Source: an uncultured Chloroflexia bacterium (GTDB lineage: Bacteria > Chloroflexota > Limnocylindria > Limnocylindrales > CSP1-4). Taken from it: 64,000 nt of DNA. The DNA is taken from assembly GCA_963748675.1 (NCBI GenBank), contig CAVVJX010000005.1, positions 260,440 through 324,439 on the forward strand, given 5' to 3'. The notes under the pieces were generated by a model that saw nothing but the letters and a program-made list of their open reading frames with translations, ran no database searches and had not been told where the DNA came from. Positions 9,332 through 18,605 of the stretch are shown one piece after another (position 1 is the stretch's first letter; each line of letters starts with the position of its first letter). The translations under genes were made by a program, and so were the position numbers.

Positions 9332-10387
9332 TTGGACCTGCTCGTTCTGTTCATCGCGCTCGTCGTCATCCTGATCGGCGCGGAGCTGTTCACCAACGGG
9401 ATCGAATGGTTCGGCCGCTCCCTGAATCTGGCCGAGGGAGCCGTCGGTTCCGTGCTCGCCGCGGTCGGTACCGCGCTCCCAGAGACCCTGATCCCGATCA
9501 TCGCCATCGTCTTCGCGTCGGGCGCAGCGTCCGACGAGATCGGCGTCGGGGCGATCCTCGGGGCACCGTTCATGCTGTCGACCCTGGCGATGTTCGTGAC
9601 GGGCGTCGCGATCCTTGCCTTCAGGCGCCGCCGCGCCACCGGCGGGGAGCTGCGTATCGATGCGGGCGTGATCGCCCACGACATGCGGTATTTCGCGATC
9701 GCCTACGGCCTGGCGATCGGGTCCGCGTTCCTGCCGCAGGAACCGGTCTGGATCCGCTGGATCGCGGCGGTCGCCTTGATCGGCATCTACGCGTGGTACG
9801 TCCGCGGACATCTGCAGGCCGAGGCGGCCGAGGAGGCAGAGGAGCTCGCCCCGCTCCGATTCCGCCGGGTCGACGTCCGGGCTCATCGGAACGATCCCGC
9901 CGTCCCGCGGCTGCGCGCCATCAACCTGCAGGTGCTGGTCGCCCTCGGATTCATCATCGTGGGCGCGGTCTTCTTCGTGGACGCCGTGGAGCATCTGGCC
10001 TCGTCCATCGGCGTCAGCGAGGTGCTGTTGGCACTGGTGATCGCGCCCGTGGCGACCGAGCTGCCCGAGAAGTTCAACTCGATCATCTGGGTGCGCCAGA
10101 ACAAGGACACGCTGGCGATGGGCAACATCACGGGCGCCATGGTGTTCCAGTCGTGCATCCCGACAGTTGTGGGGCTAGTCCTCGCGTCGGAGGCTTGGTC
10201 CATCCAGGAGGGGTCGTACACGGCCTTTGCCTCCGCCGGGATCGCGTTCGCCTCGTCCGCGGCGATCTTCCTGCCGATGGTGCGGCGGGGCGGGCTCCAC
10301 GGCCGCCACCTGCTGATCGGCGGGGTGTTCTACCTCGCGTATCTCGCCCTGGTGGTGGTGGTCGTCAGCGGTAGCGCGCCCGGCTGA
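9332..10387 (+). CDS. Ca2+/cation antiporter (CaCA, sodium/calcium exchanger family)
   Basis: Two alpha-repeat-like motifs (GSVLAAVGTALPETLIPIIA and LALVIAPVATELPEKFNSIIW) and about 10 TM helices. The proposed TTG start at 9332 follows AGGAGA; the start is uncertain because the ORF is open from 9083. Confidence 0.7.
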   Translation: MDLLVLFIALVVILIGAELFTNGIEWFGRSLNLAEGAVGSVLAAVGTALPETLIPIIAIVFASGAASDEIGVGAILGAPFMLSTLAMFVTGVAILAFRRRRATGGELRIDAGVIAHDMRYFAIAYGLAIGSAFLPQEPVWIRWIAAVALIGIYAWYVRGHLQAEAAEEAEELAPLRFRRVDVRAHRNDPAVPRLRAINLQVLVALGFIIVGAVFFVDAVEHLASSIGVSEVLLALVIAPVATELPEKFNSIIWVRQNKDTLAMGNITGAMVFQSCIPTVVGLVLASEAWSIQEGSYTAFASAGIAFASSAAIFLPMVRRGGLHGRHLLIGGVFYLAYLALVVVVVSGSAPG

Positions 10388-10414
10388 GGTCGGGGGGCGG
10401 GGCGGTGGCGCCAG

Positions 10415-10559
10415 CCGTGGCGCCAGGAGCGTTCCAACCGACCCCGGAACCGGGCTGATCGGGCACTTCAGCCGCATTTGGAACGCGTGGCGTCCCCATC
10501 CGGCGCGGGAACGCTCGGTCCTTCGCCCGTTGGAACGCTGGTGGTTCCAGGGCCGGGCC
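10415..10559. repeat. interspersed palindromic repeat, copy A (~145 bp)
   Basis: Aligns base for base with 14341-14485, about nine in ten positions by eye. The terminal inverted arms are CCAGgAGCGTTCCAAC and GTTGGAACGCTGGTGG. Confidence 0.8.
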
Positions 10560-10592
10560 AGGGGCCGTTGCGCCGTACCCACGCGCCGATCC

Positions 10593-10729
10593 CCTGGTGC
10601 CAGCAGCGTTCCGACCGACACTCGAACCGGTCGGCGAAGGCCCTTCAGCCGCGTCCTGGAACACCTTGGGTCTCCGTCTGACGCGGGAGCTGTCATTCCT
10701 TCGCCGGTCGGAACGCTGGTGGTTCCAGG
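10593..10729. repeat. interspersed palindromic repeat, copy B (diverged, ~137 bp)
   Basis: Same architecture and ends (CCAGCAGCGTTCCgAC ... GTcGGAACGCTGGTGGTTCCAGG), with a more diverged interior. It is followed by two extra GGCCGGTTCCAGG motifs at 10739-10778. Confidence 0.7.
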
Positions 10730-10885
10730 TCGACTTGGGGCCGGTTCCAGGGCCGGTTTGAGGCCGGTTCCAGGCCGGAATTTTGGGGCATTTTTGGGCC
10801 TCGCCAGACCCCGCCGACGGCACAAGTCCCGTACGAATCGGTCATGGCTGGGCGCACCTAACCTCGGTACGGTGCAGTTCACCGT

Positions 10886-13474
10886 ATGTCACCGCACCTC
10901 ACCCTCTCGGCCACCCTTCGATCGGCTGTGCGCGGTCGCCGTCGACCGGGCCTCCGCACGGTTGTCGTCGCGCCTGCGGTCGCGGTCATCATCGGGATGG
11001 CGGTCGTGGTCTCGAACAGCGTCGCCGACGAGTACCGGCGCAGCGCCACGGAGTCGGCGGTCCACAGCGTCGAGGCGATCGTGCGCGGCTACGTGGACCC
11101 GGCACTCCACGAAACGAGCCTTGACCTTGGGGCGCCCGAAGACCCGGCGATCGATGCCCAGCTCGAGCAGCTGACCCTCTCCGGCGAGATCCGCCGGATC
11201 AACATCTGGTCACGGGACGGTCGCATCGTCTATTCGAGCGCACCTCAGCTCCGGGGCCAGCGTTTCTCGATTGGGCCGACGATCGCCAACGCCTACTCCG
11301 GCGAGAGCATCGCGCGCTACGTCGGTGGCGACGCGGAGGGCGACACCGGCGATACCCGCGAAGCCGGCGACGGAGCGGACGAACCGGTCGACGGCCTGGC
11401 GCCGATGTCCGGTCGCTTCCTCGAGCTGTTCGTCCCGATCCGCGGTGCCGTTGACGGCGATCCGATCGGTGTCTACGAGCTGTACCAGGACGCCCGGCTG
11501 ATCGAGCAACGCATCGACGACACCCGATCCGACATGTTCATCGTGGCGGTCGTGGCATCGAGCCTGCTCGTCGCCCTCATCTGGCTCGCCTTCGGCGGCG
11601 CATCCCGGGTCCTCGCCGGTCAGAACCGCCGCCTCCAGGAGCAGGCCACGACCGAGCGCCTGCTCCTCGTCGACATGCAGCGCAAGGAGGAGCGCTTCCG
11701 ATCGCTGGTTCAGAACGCATCCGATGGTGTCGTGGTGCTGGGCGAGGACGGACTCATCCGCTACGAGAGCCCGGCCGTCGAGCGGATCCTCGGCAGCCGT
11801 GCCGGGGACCGGGTCGGCCAGCCGGTCAGCACGGACATCCATCCCGACGATCGTGCTTCGGTGGAACGCAGTCTCGCCGACGTCGCCGCGATGAGCGGGT
11901 CGGAGGCCAGGGCCGAGTTCCGCGCCCGCCACGCCGACGGGTCGTGGCGAACACTCGAGGCGATCGCCAAGAACCTCCTGGACGATCCGGCCGTGGGCGG
12001 CGTGGTCGTCAACTACCGCGACATCACCGAACGCAAGATCCTCGAGGAGCAGCTCCGCCACCAGGCGTTCCACGACGTGCTGACCGGACTGGAGAACCGG
12101 TTCCTTTTCCTCGACCGCCTCGGTCACGCCCTCACCCGGGCGGGCCGCGGGGGCCGGCCGACCGCAGTCCTGTTCCTGGACCTCGACGACTTCAAGGCGG
12201 TCAACGACCGGCTCGGCCACGCCGAGGGCGACAAGTTGCTGGTGGCCGTCGCGCAGCGGCTCAAGACCGTGACACGCGCCAGCGACACCGTCGCCCGGCT
12301 CGGCGGTGACGAGTTCGCGATCATCGTCGAGGAGACCGATCAGGCAGAGGCCGAGCAAGCCGCAGCCCGCATCCTCACGGCACTCACGCCTCCGTTCGAG
12401 CTCGCGGATCGGCCCATCGTCGTCCGCGTCAGCATCGGGATCGCCATGCAATCGATCGATGGCGCCGATGCCGACGAACTGCTCCGCCGCGCCGACATCG
12501 CGATGTATGCCGCAAAGGCGACCGGCGGCAATCGCCATGTGGCGTATGAGCCGCGCCTCTACGACGCGACGGTGGCCCGGATGGAGTTGAAGGCCGACAT
12601 GCGCGGGGCGCTGGAGCGCGGCGAGATGCACATCGACTACCAGCCCATCGTCGACCTCGCGTCCGCGGAGATCCTCGGGTCGGAGGCGCTGATGCGCTGG
12701 AAGCACCCGAAGCACGGACCGGTCCCACCGATGGACTTCATCCCGCTCGCCGAGGAGAACGGACTGATCCTCGAGCTGGGCCGCTGGATCCTCGAGACCG
12801 CGTGCCATCAGACCCGCGCCTGGCAGGCGGCCACGGGGCGAGCGGGTTTGACGATCAGCGTCAACCTGTCGGGGCGACAGATCATGGATCGGGACCTGGT
12901 CCCGGACGTTCGCCGCATCCTCTTCGAATCCGGGCTCGCTCCACATGACCTGACGCTGGAGATGACCGAAAGCGTGCTGGTCCAGGACGTCGAGGCGACC
13001 GTCAGCACGCTCAAGGCCCTGAAGGCGCTTGGCGTTCGCCTCGCCATCGACGACTTCGGTACCGGCTATTCGTCGCTGAGCTATCTGCGCCAGTTCCCGA
13101 TCGACAGCCTCAAGATCGACCGGTCCTTCGTCGCGAGCCTCGATGGCAGCCAGGACTCGACGGCGCTCGTCCGTTCCATCCTCGATCTCAGCACGACCCT
13201 GCGACTCGACACCGTGGCCGAGGGCATCGAGGAATCCGAGCAGCGCGACGTGCTGCGCGATCTCGGCGCCCAGCAGGGGCAGGGCTACCTCTTCGCTCGT
13301 CCGATGGGTCCCGTGGACCTGGGCGACCTGCTCGCCGGCCGGCCCACGACGGGTGGCCCGGGTGGCGCAGGTGGGGCGGGTGGCGCGGGTGGCCCGCCGC
13401 CGGCGCGACCCGAGGCCGCCAGACGCACGCCCCGGTCCGCTCGCCGGAACCCCCCGACCGAAGTCATCCGCTGA
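10886..13474 (+). CDS. membrane-anchored PAS-GGDEF-EAL protein (c-di-GMP turnover)
   Basis: Two TM helices flank an extracytoplasmic segment. Then a PAS-like region, GGDEF (RLGGDEFAIIVEE) and EAL (EALMRWKHP, DDFGTGYSSLSYL). The Gly-rich tail is encoded by a 9-bp tandem repeat. Confidence 0.9.
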   Translation: MSPHLTLSATLRSAVRGRRRPGLRTVVVAPAVAVIIGMAVVVSNSVADEYRRSATESAVHSVEAIVRGYVDPALHETSLDLGAPEDPAIDAQLEQLTLSGEIRRINIWSRDGRIVYSSAPQLRGQRFSIGPTIANAYSGESIARYVGGDAEGDTGDTREAGDGADEPVDGLAPMSGRFLELFVPIRGAVDGDPIGVYELYQDARLIEQRIDDTRSDMFIVAVVASSLLVALIWLAFGGASRVLAGQNRRLQEQATTERLLLVDMQRKEERFRSLVQNASDGVVVLGEDGLIRYESPAVERILGSRAGDRVGQPVSTDIHPDDRASVERSLADVAAMSGSEARAEFRARHADGSWRTLEAIAKNLLDDPAVGGVVVNYRDITERKILEEQLRHQAFHDVLTGLENRFLFLDRLGHALTRAGRGGRPTAVLFLDLDDFKAVNDRLGHAEGDKLLVAVAQRLKTVTRASDTVARLGGDEFAIIVEETDQAEAEQAAARILTALTPPFELADRPIVVRVSIGIAMQSIDGADADELLRRADIAMYAAKATGGNRHVAYEPRLYDATVARMELKADMRGALERGEMHIDYQPIVDLASAEILGSEALMRWKHPKHGPVPPMDFIPLAEENGLILELGRWILETACHQTRAWQAATGRAGLTISVNLSGRQIMDRDLVPDVRRILFESGLAPHDLTLEMTESVLVQDVEATVSTLKALKALGVRLAIDDFGTGYSSLSYLRQFPIDSLKIDRSFVASLDGSQDSTALVRSILDLSTTLRLDTVAEGIEESEQRDVLRDLGAQQGQGYLFARPMGPVDLGDLLAGRPTTGGPGGAGGAGGAGGPPPARPEAARRTPRSARRNPPTEVIR

Positions 13475-13499
13475 CCGCCAGCCTCAGAGGTTCACGCAC

Positions 13500-13934
13500 A
13501 TGCTCACGATTGCTCGCCACTCGACGATCCGCCTCCGCCGACTCACCGCCGTCATGGCAACCGTCGCGATCGTGTTGACGGTGCTGACGGCTTGCTCGGC
13601 CGCCGCGGAGCCCGCGAAGACCGTCACCCTGCAAACCCTGAACGGATCAGGGGTGACGGGAACCGTCACGTTCGGGGCGCTCCGCGACAAGACGGCGGTC
13701 GAGATCGCCGTGGATCCAGGCGGCAACCTGGACATGCCGGCCCATATCCATCCGGGAACCTGCAACGACCTGACCCCGCAGCCGAAGTTCCCGCTGGAGA
13801 ACGTGCGCAACGGGAGCTCCAAGACCGTCGTGCCCGCGTCCATCGATGAGCTGTTTGCCGGCGATCTGGCGGTCAACATCCATCGATCGAACGACGACCT
13901 GAAGACGTACACGGCGTGCGTGGATCTGCGTTAG
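13500..13934 (+). CDS. lipoprotein, CHRD-like by resemblance
   Basis: Lipobox LTVLTACS. Motifs AHIHPGTC and LAVNIHRS. Confidence 0.55.
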   Translation: MLTIARHSTIRLRRLTAVMATVAIVLTVLTACSAAAEPAKTVTLQTLNGSGVTGTVTFGALRDKTAVEIAVDPGGNLDMPAHIHPGTCNDLTPQPKFPLENVRNGSSKTVVPASIDELFAGDLAVNIHRSNDDLKTYTACVDLR

Positions 13935-14314
13935 CTCGCCCCGTTGCGCGGCTGCTCGTCCTCGGGGTCCTTTCGTCGTTGGTCGTGGCGTGCGCCGCGG
14001 CCGTACCGAGCGCGAGCCCCAGTCCGGGCGCGTCGGTGAACGTGACGATCACGACGGCCGCGGGTGAGGCCATGACCTTCGATCCGGCCGAGACCGTCGC
14101 CGTGCCGGGCGCTCCGATCTTGCTCAGGTTCCGAAACGCCTCGAGCCTTCCGCACAACCTGACCTTCACGGGATTCGGTGCCGCGACGCGGACGATCGTG
14201 GAACCGGGCACGTCCGACGACCTGCAACTCTCGCCACTCGCGGCCGGAGCGTATCCGTTCGTGTGCACGATCCACGAAGGGATGGCCGGCATCCTGACGA
14301 TCCGGGCGGGCTAG
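13916..14314 (+). CDS. cupredoxin (plastocyanin/azurin-like blue copper) lipoprotein
   Basis: Lipobox LVVACA. Type-1 Cu ligand pattern: H in LPHNL, then C-x2-H-x3-M in FVCTIHEGMAG. Overlaps the previous gene by 19 nt. Confidence 0.75.
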   Translation: MRGSALARPVARLLVLGVLSSLVVACAAAVPSASPSPGASVNVTITTAAGEAMTFDPAETVAVPGAPILLRFRNASSLPHNLTFTGFGAATRTIVEPGTSDDLQLSPLAAGAYPFVCTIHEGMAGILTIRAG

Positions 14315-14340
14315 CGCGTAACGGCCGCCGTTGCGCGAGG

Positions 14341-14485
14341 CCGTGGCGCCAGCAGCGTTCCAACCGACCCCGGAACCGGCTGAGAGGGCACTTCAGCCGC
14401 ATTTGGAACGCGTTGCGTCCCCAATCGACGCGGGAACAGTCGTTCCTTCGCCCGTTGGAACGCTGGTGGTTCCAGGGGCCGGGCC
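14341..14485. repeat. interspersed palindromic repeat, copy C (~145 bp)
   Basis: Near-identical to copy A. It occupies most of the gap between convergent stops at 14314 (+) and 14509 (-). Confidence 0.8.
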
Positions 14486-14508
14486 CGAGGCCCGGACGTG
14501 CCGGCGAC

Positions 14509-15222
14509 CTAGCCCGGGACCGCCGCCGCGGCGAAGGACGCCATATCCGGGAACGTGGCATTCGGTGTGGCCGTAGCCGGCGGCGTGGCCCCCGAACCCG
14601 GGCGACCATGGCGGCGGTCGATCCACACCGTCGTCATCCCGAGGCGCTGGGCCGGCGCGTGGTCATGGAACAGGCTCTGGGCCACATGCAGGATCCGATC
14701 GCGCGGCAGCCCGATCCGGTCGAACGCGACGAGGAAGCCCCGCTCGGCGGGCTTGTACGAACGGGCCTGCTGGGCCGTCACGATCCAGTCGAACTCCACG
14801 CCCAGCCGCTCGTTCGACGCGGCGAACAGGTCGTCGTCGCAGTTGGTGATCACGCCCAGGCGGTATCGCGACTTGAGCTGGGCCAGCGCCGCCGCTGAAT
14901 CCGCGAAGGCCGGCCAATCGACCACCGACCCCGAAAAGGCCGCCGACTCCTCCGTTGACGCCTCGAAACCGAGCTCGCCGGCGACCCCGCGGAGGCCCGC
15001 CGCCAGTACGTTCCGGTAGGTCTGGTACGGCCCGGCCTCGGCAGCCGCCTCGTAACCGGCGAAGCGCTTGAGCACATCCTCGTCGTCCAGCGGTACGCCA
15101 TGGGCAGCCAGGATCGGGCGGAAGGCGTTGGCGAGCCCGGCCTCCCAATCGATGAGCGTCCCGTAGCAATCGAACGTGAGAGCCTCGAACCGCCCGTAGT
15201 CGAGGTCAGACCTAAGGCCCAT
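14509..15222 (-). CDS. HAD-superfamily hydrolase (haloacid dehalogenase type II-like)
   Basis: Motif I FDCYGTLIDW, motif II-like GVITNCD, and the later SYKP and HVAQSLFHD motifs. Confidence 0.8.
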   Translation of the reverse strand: MGLRSDLDYGRFEALTFDCYGTLIDWEAGLANAFRPILAAHGVPLDDEDVLKRFAGYEAAAEAGPYQTYRNVLAAGLRGVAGELGFEASTEESAAFSGSVVDWPAFADSAAALAQLKSRYRLGVITNCDDDLFAASNERLGVEFDWIVTAQQARSYKPAERGFLVAFDRIGLPRDRILHVAQSLFHDHAPAQRLGMTTVWIDRRHGRPGSGATPPATATPNATFPDMASFAAAAVPG

Positions 15223-15314
15223 GATGTCTCCGAAGCGTGTCGGGGAGTTGCGCCCAAGCATCGCATGAAGCGGCTGGGCCGGAACCGTCGCGCGGCGGAG
15301 GTCGTCCCGAGGCC

Positions 15315-15722
15315 ATGACTACCAACCGCGGACCCTGGTCGATCATCGCCGTCCTGATCCTCACCCTCGCCGCCTGTTCCCCAGGCGTGCCTTCCCCATC
15401 GGCGGCACCAGGGACCGGACTGGCGATCACCGCCGTGGCCGGGCCGGTGTGTCCGGTCGAACGGATCCCTCCCGACCCGGCGTGTGCGCCTCGGCCGGTG
15501 GCCGGCGCCACAGTCGTCGTCCAGGACGGTCAGCGCAACAACGTCGCGACCGTCGTGCTCGACGCGGGGGGAGCCGCGGTGGTCTCGCTCCCGGCCGGCG
15601 ACTACGTCGTCCAGCCGCAACAGGTGACCGGGCTGATGGGCACGGCAGCCGCGACCAACGTCGCGGTCGTGGACGGGACGCTGACGCCCGTCGTCCTCTC
15701 CTACGACACCGGAATCCGCTAG
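15315..15722 (+). CDS. lipoprotein with carboxypeptidase-regulatory-like beta-sandwich (by resemblance)
   Basis: ATG at 15315. Lipobox LTLAACS. Contains GATVVVQDGQ...LPAGDYVV. Confidence 0.5.
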   Translation: MTTNRGPWSIIAVLILTLAACSPGVPSPSAAPGTGLAITAVAGPVCPVERIPPDPACAPRPVAGATVVVQDGQRNNVATVVLDAGGAAVVSLPAGDYVVQPQQVTGLMGTAAATNVAVVDGTLTPVVLSYDTGIR

Positions 15723-15816
15723 TTCGCGCGCTCTTTCGTTCGATTCGTGGTGCCGGGCGGCACCAACGGCCCGATTGCAAGGCGGCCTGCAAGGCACCGC
15801 GACGTATGCTCCGGTC

Positions 15817-16597
15817 ATGTCTCGAACTAAGGGCGTTGGACGCGGTCTGCTCGATCTCGTAGTGCTGGCAACGTGCCTGATCGTCCTCGTCGCGCTGCCG
15901 ACGCAAGCCGCCGAGCCATCCGCGTCGCCATCCGGAACAGCGGCGCCGACCGAAGCCCCAACGACCGCCCCGACCGAGCGCCGACACCGCCCCGACCGAA
16001 GCGCCGACGACCGCTCCCACGGACGCGCCGACCACCGCCCCGAACGCCACTGCCGCGCCGGCCGCGACCGCCGAACCCGACGAGGACGGCGAGTCGGGCA
16101 AGCCAGAGAAGTCGCCCAAGGCACCGAAGGCCGCCAAGGCCCCCGAGGTCGAGGTGGCGATCACCGGCACCGTCACGACGCGAACTGACGCCGACGGGAA
16201 CACCGAGTACACGACCGTCTCCGGCGGCAAGACCCTCGTCCTCGATGCCGGCCCCTCCTGGTTCCATGGCGCCAACCATCCGCTCAAGCCCTTCGTCGGC
16301 AAGCGCGTCACGATCACCGGATCGCAGCGTGCGGGCGAGGACGAGGTCGACGTCGAAGCCGTCAACGGAACGCGTCTCCGCGCTGCGGGCAAGCCGCCCT
16401 GGGCCGGAGGCTGGAAGCGTGTCGGGGAGCGACATCCCGGCTGGACCCAGGAGAAGTGGGACCGCTGGCAGACCAAGGCCGCTGGCAAGGCCAAGGCGCT
16501 CGGAACGGACTGCTTCCCGCCCGGCCAGTGCAAGGACAAGCCCGGTAACCGCGGCGCCCCCTCGGACGACATGACCTCGCCCGACGCCGGAGGCTGA
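15817..16597 (+). pseudogene. secreted Pro/Thr-linker protein with a +1 frame break in the linker (pseudogene or assembly indel)
   Basis: The signal peptide and AAEPSASPSGTAAPTEAPTTAPTE are in frame 1. From about 15990 the sensible reading ADTAPTEAPTTAPTDAPTTAPNATAAP...AITGTVTTRTDADGNTEYTTVSGGK continues in frame 2 to the stop at 16597. Confidence 0.5.
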
Positions 16598-16619
16598 ACC
16601 GCACCGCTACGATGCCGGC

Positions 16620-17432
16620 ATGCGCCTGCCGGTCGCCCTGGTCCAGCTCGATGCGACGGACGACGTCGACGCCAACATCACGACCGCCGCGACGCTCGCG
16701 GCCGAGGCCGCGTCCGGTGGCGCCCGCCTCGTGGCCCTGCCGGAGTACCTTCAGTACCGCGGCGACGACGCCGGCTTCCGCGCCTCCGCGCGACCCATCC
16801 CGGGCCCCCACACCGACGCGTTTGCCGACGTCGCCCGAACGCATGACGCCTGGATCCTCGTGGGCAGCCTCGCCGAGACTTCAGCGGACGACCAACGTCC
16901 CCACAACACGAGCGTCCTGATCGCTCCCGATGGCTCGATCGCGGCGACCTACCGCAAGATCCACCTGTTCGACGTCGCCGTGGACGCGGGCCCGGTCGAT
17001 ACGGAGTCGGCGCGAGTCACGGCGGGCGAAGCCACGGTCGTCGCCGACGTCGATGGCGTCGCCGTTGGCCTGTCGATCTGCTACGACCTGCGCTTCCCGG
17101 AGCTCTATCGATCGCTGGCGCTGGCCGGCGCGGAAGTGCTGACCGTCCCGGCCAACTTCACGGAACGGACCGGGCGCGACCACTGGGAGGTGCTGCTCCG
17201 CGCTCGAGCGATCGAGAACGGCGCCTGGGTCCTCGCCCCATCGCAGATCGGTGGGCCGCCCGGCTCGCCCGCCTTCGGTCGCTCGATGGTCGTGGATCCG
17301 TGGGGCACGGTCGTCGCCCAGGCGCCGGACCGGGTCGGCATCATCCGGGCGGACGTGGAGACGGACCGCGTCGCCGCGGTCCGTCGTCAGATCCCTGTGT
17401 TGGCCAACCGGCGTCCGGCGGCCTATCGCTGA
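16620..17432 (+). CDS. carbon-nitrogen hydrolase (nitrilase superfamily)
   Basis: Catalytic E-K-C context: LVALPEY, YRKIHLFD, LSICYDLRFPE. Confidence 0.85.
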   Translation: MRLPVALVQLDATDDVDANITTAATLAAEAASGGARLVALPEYLQYRGDDAGFRASARPIPGPHTDAFADVARTHDAWILVGSLAETSADDQRPHNTSVLIAPDGSIAATYRKIHLFDVAVDAGPVDTESARVTAGEATVVADVDGVAVGLSICYDLRFPELYRSLALAGAEVLTVPANFTERTGRDHWEVLLRARAIENGAWVLAPSQIGGPPGSPAFGRSMVVDPWGTVVAQAPDRVGIIRADVETDRVAAVRRQIPVLANRRPAAYR

Positions 17433-17450
17433 GCCCGAAGGGCCGGCGCG

Positions 17451-18605
17451 CTAGCGGATGAGCTGGATGCCGATCGATCCCGCGTCGGTGATCGGACCGC
17501 TGCCGACCGGGCCCGACGTGATGTAGCGAACGAACCAGCCGGCGAGACAGCTACTGCTGCCGTTGCCGGCGATCGGCATGAGGGTGGTGCCGTTGCCTTC
17601 GCAAGCGCTGTTGTTCCCGCCGTTCTGATCCGACATGTAGTCGAGGTAGAACGCCGTGACGCGGATGATGTGGTAGACGGCGTTGCTGCCGTTGCCCGTG
17701 ACGCATTCGCCGTCGCAGATCGGGATGAGGACGACCTTGCCGCTGAGGGCGTTGACCTCATCGACCATCTTCTTGGCGCAGTTGTTGCCGTTGTCCGACT
17801 GGACATCGGCCGGGAAGGTCGCGAACTGGATGGCCGGTGGGTTGGTGACCTCGTAGTCGCAGTTGTTCGGCGTGCCATCGAGGTCCAGGATCATGAACGA
17901 GCCGCCACCGGTCTTGCACAGGGGCACGATGTACTCCTGCCCGATCGGCGGATTACCCGGCTGACTCATCTCCCAGTCGGACTCGCTGGTGCCCAGGTCG
18001 CCGTTCGTTTCGCAGTCGGCGATGTTGACCGGGAACACGACCGGAAGGAACTGCCCGCCGGCCAGAGGCCCGGCGATGGCGGTCGCGTCCGCGGAAGCGG
18101 TGAACTGGTTGATGCCGATCACCCGCGCGAAGGCGGTGTCGAACAGCTGATTGCCGGTCGCATGGACACCGGACGTCTCGCCGGGCATGACACCGTCGCC
18201 GACTCGTGCGGCGGCCGTCGTATTGGTGACGACGCCACCGCCCGGGCTGAGCAGCCCGCCGGCTCGGTTCGTGTAATAGGCGGCGACCGAGTCCAGCTTA
18301 TTGGAGGTTGCGATCGAGTTGACCGCGGCCGCGACATCGGCGTCGGTCTTGACCGCTCCGCCGAGCTGCTGGGCGATCACGGTCGCGCCGGCATTCGCCA
18401 CCGCGTCCGCGCCGTTCTGCACGCCACGCTGATGGGCGTAGGCGTTACCACCGTCGAGGATCAGGGCCACGCCACCGATCATCGAGATCATCGCGATGAC
18501 CGCCACGACCAGGATCTGGCCACGGGGCCGGCTCCTCGGACGCTTTGGCGTTGTCTGGTCCATCTTGGCCTCAGTCTTTCGGTGTTGGAAGGGATTCCGG
18601 GTCAT
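17451..18605 (-). CDS. TadG-like (Tad-domain) putative pilus-associated protein, copy 1
   Basis: N-terminal TM plus Tad-type motif ILVVAVIAMISMIGGVALILDGGNAYAHQRGVQNGADAVANAGA. Cys-rich C-terminal domain. The ATG at 18605 overlaps the upstream stop (ATGA); an alternative ATG is at 18563. Confidence 0.75.
   Translation of the reverse strand: MTRNPFQHRKTEAKMDQTTPKRPRSRPRGQILVVAVIAMISMIGGVALILDGGNAYAHQRGVQNGADAVANAGATVIAQQLGGAVKTDADVAAAVNSIATSNKLDSVAAYYTNRAGGLLSPGGGVVTNTTAAARVGDGVMPGETSGVHATGNQLFDTAFARVIGINQFTASADATAIAGPLAGGQFLPVVFPVNIADCETNGDLGTSESDWEMSQPGNPPIGQEYIVPLCKTGGGSFMILDLDGTPNNCDYEVTNPPAIQFATFPADVQSDNGNNCAKKMVDEVNALSGKVVLIPICDGECVTGNGSNAVYHIIRVTAFYLDYMSDQNGGNNSACEGNGTTLMPIAGNGSSSCLAGWFVRYITSGPVGSGPITDAGSIGIQLIR

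Noticed and set aside
8533-10374. 613-aa + strand ORF spanning the VOC and CaCA genes
   Set aside because: It is out of frame with and antisense to better-supported genes, and its composition is dominated by Arg/Gly/Pro.
10175-10882. Minus-strand ORFs here and at 14166-14609 share a peptide (PWNHQRSNGRR...FQMRLKCP), suggesting a small protein family
   Set aside because: The shared peptide is just the translation of the interspersed 145-bp element. There is no consistent start or RBS. The diverged copy B changes the reading, and the element has hairpin symmetry, so I treat it as non-coding.
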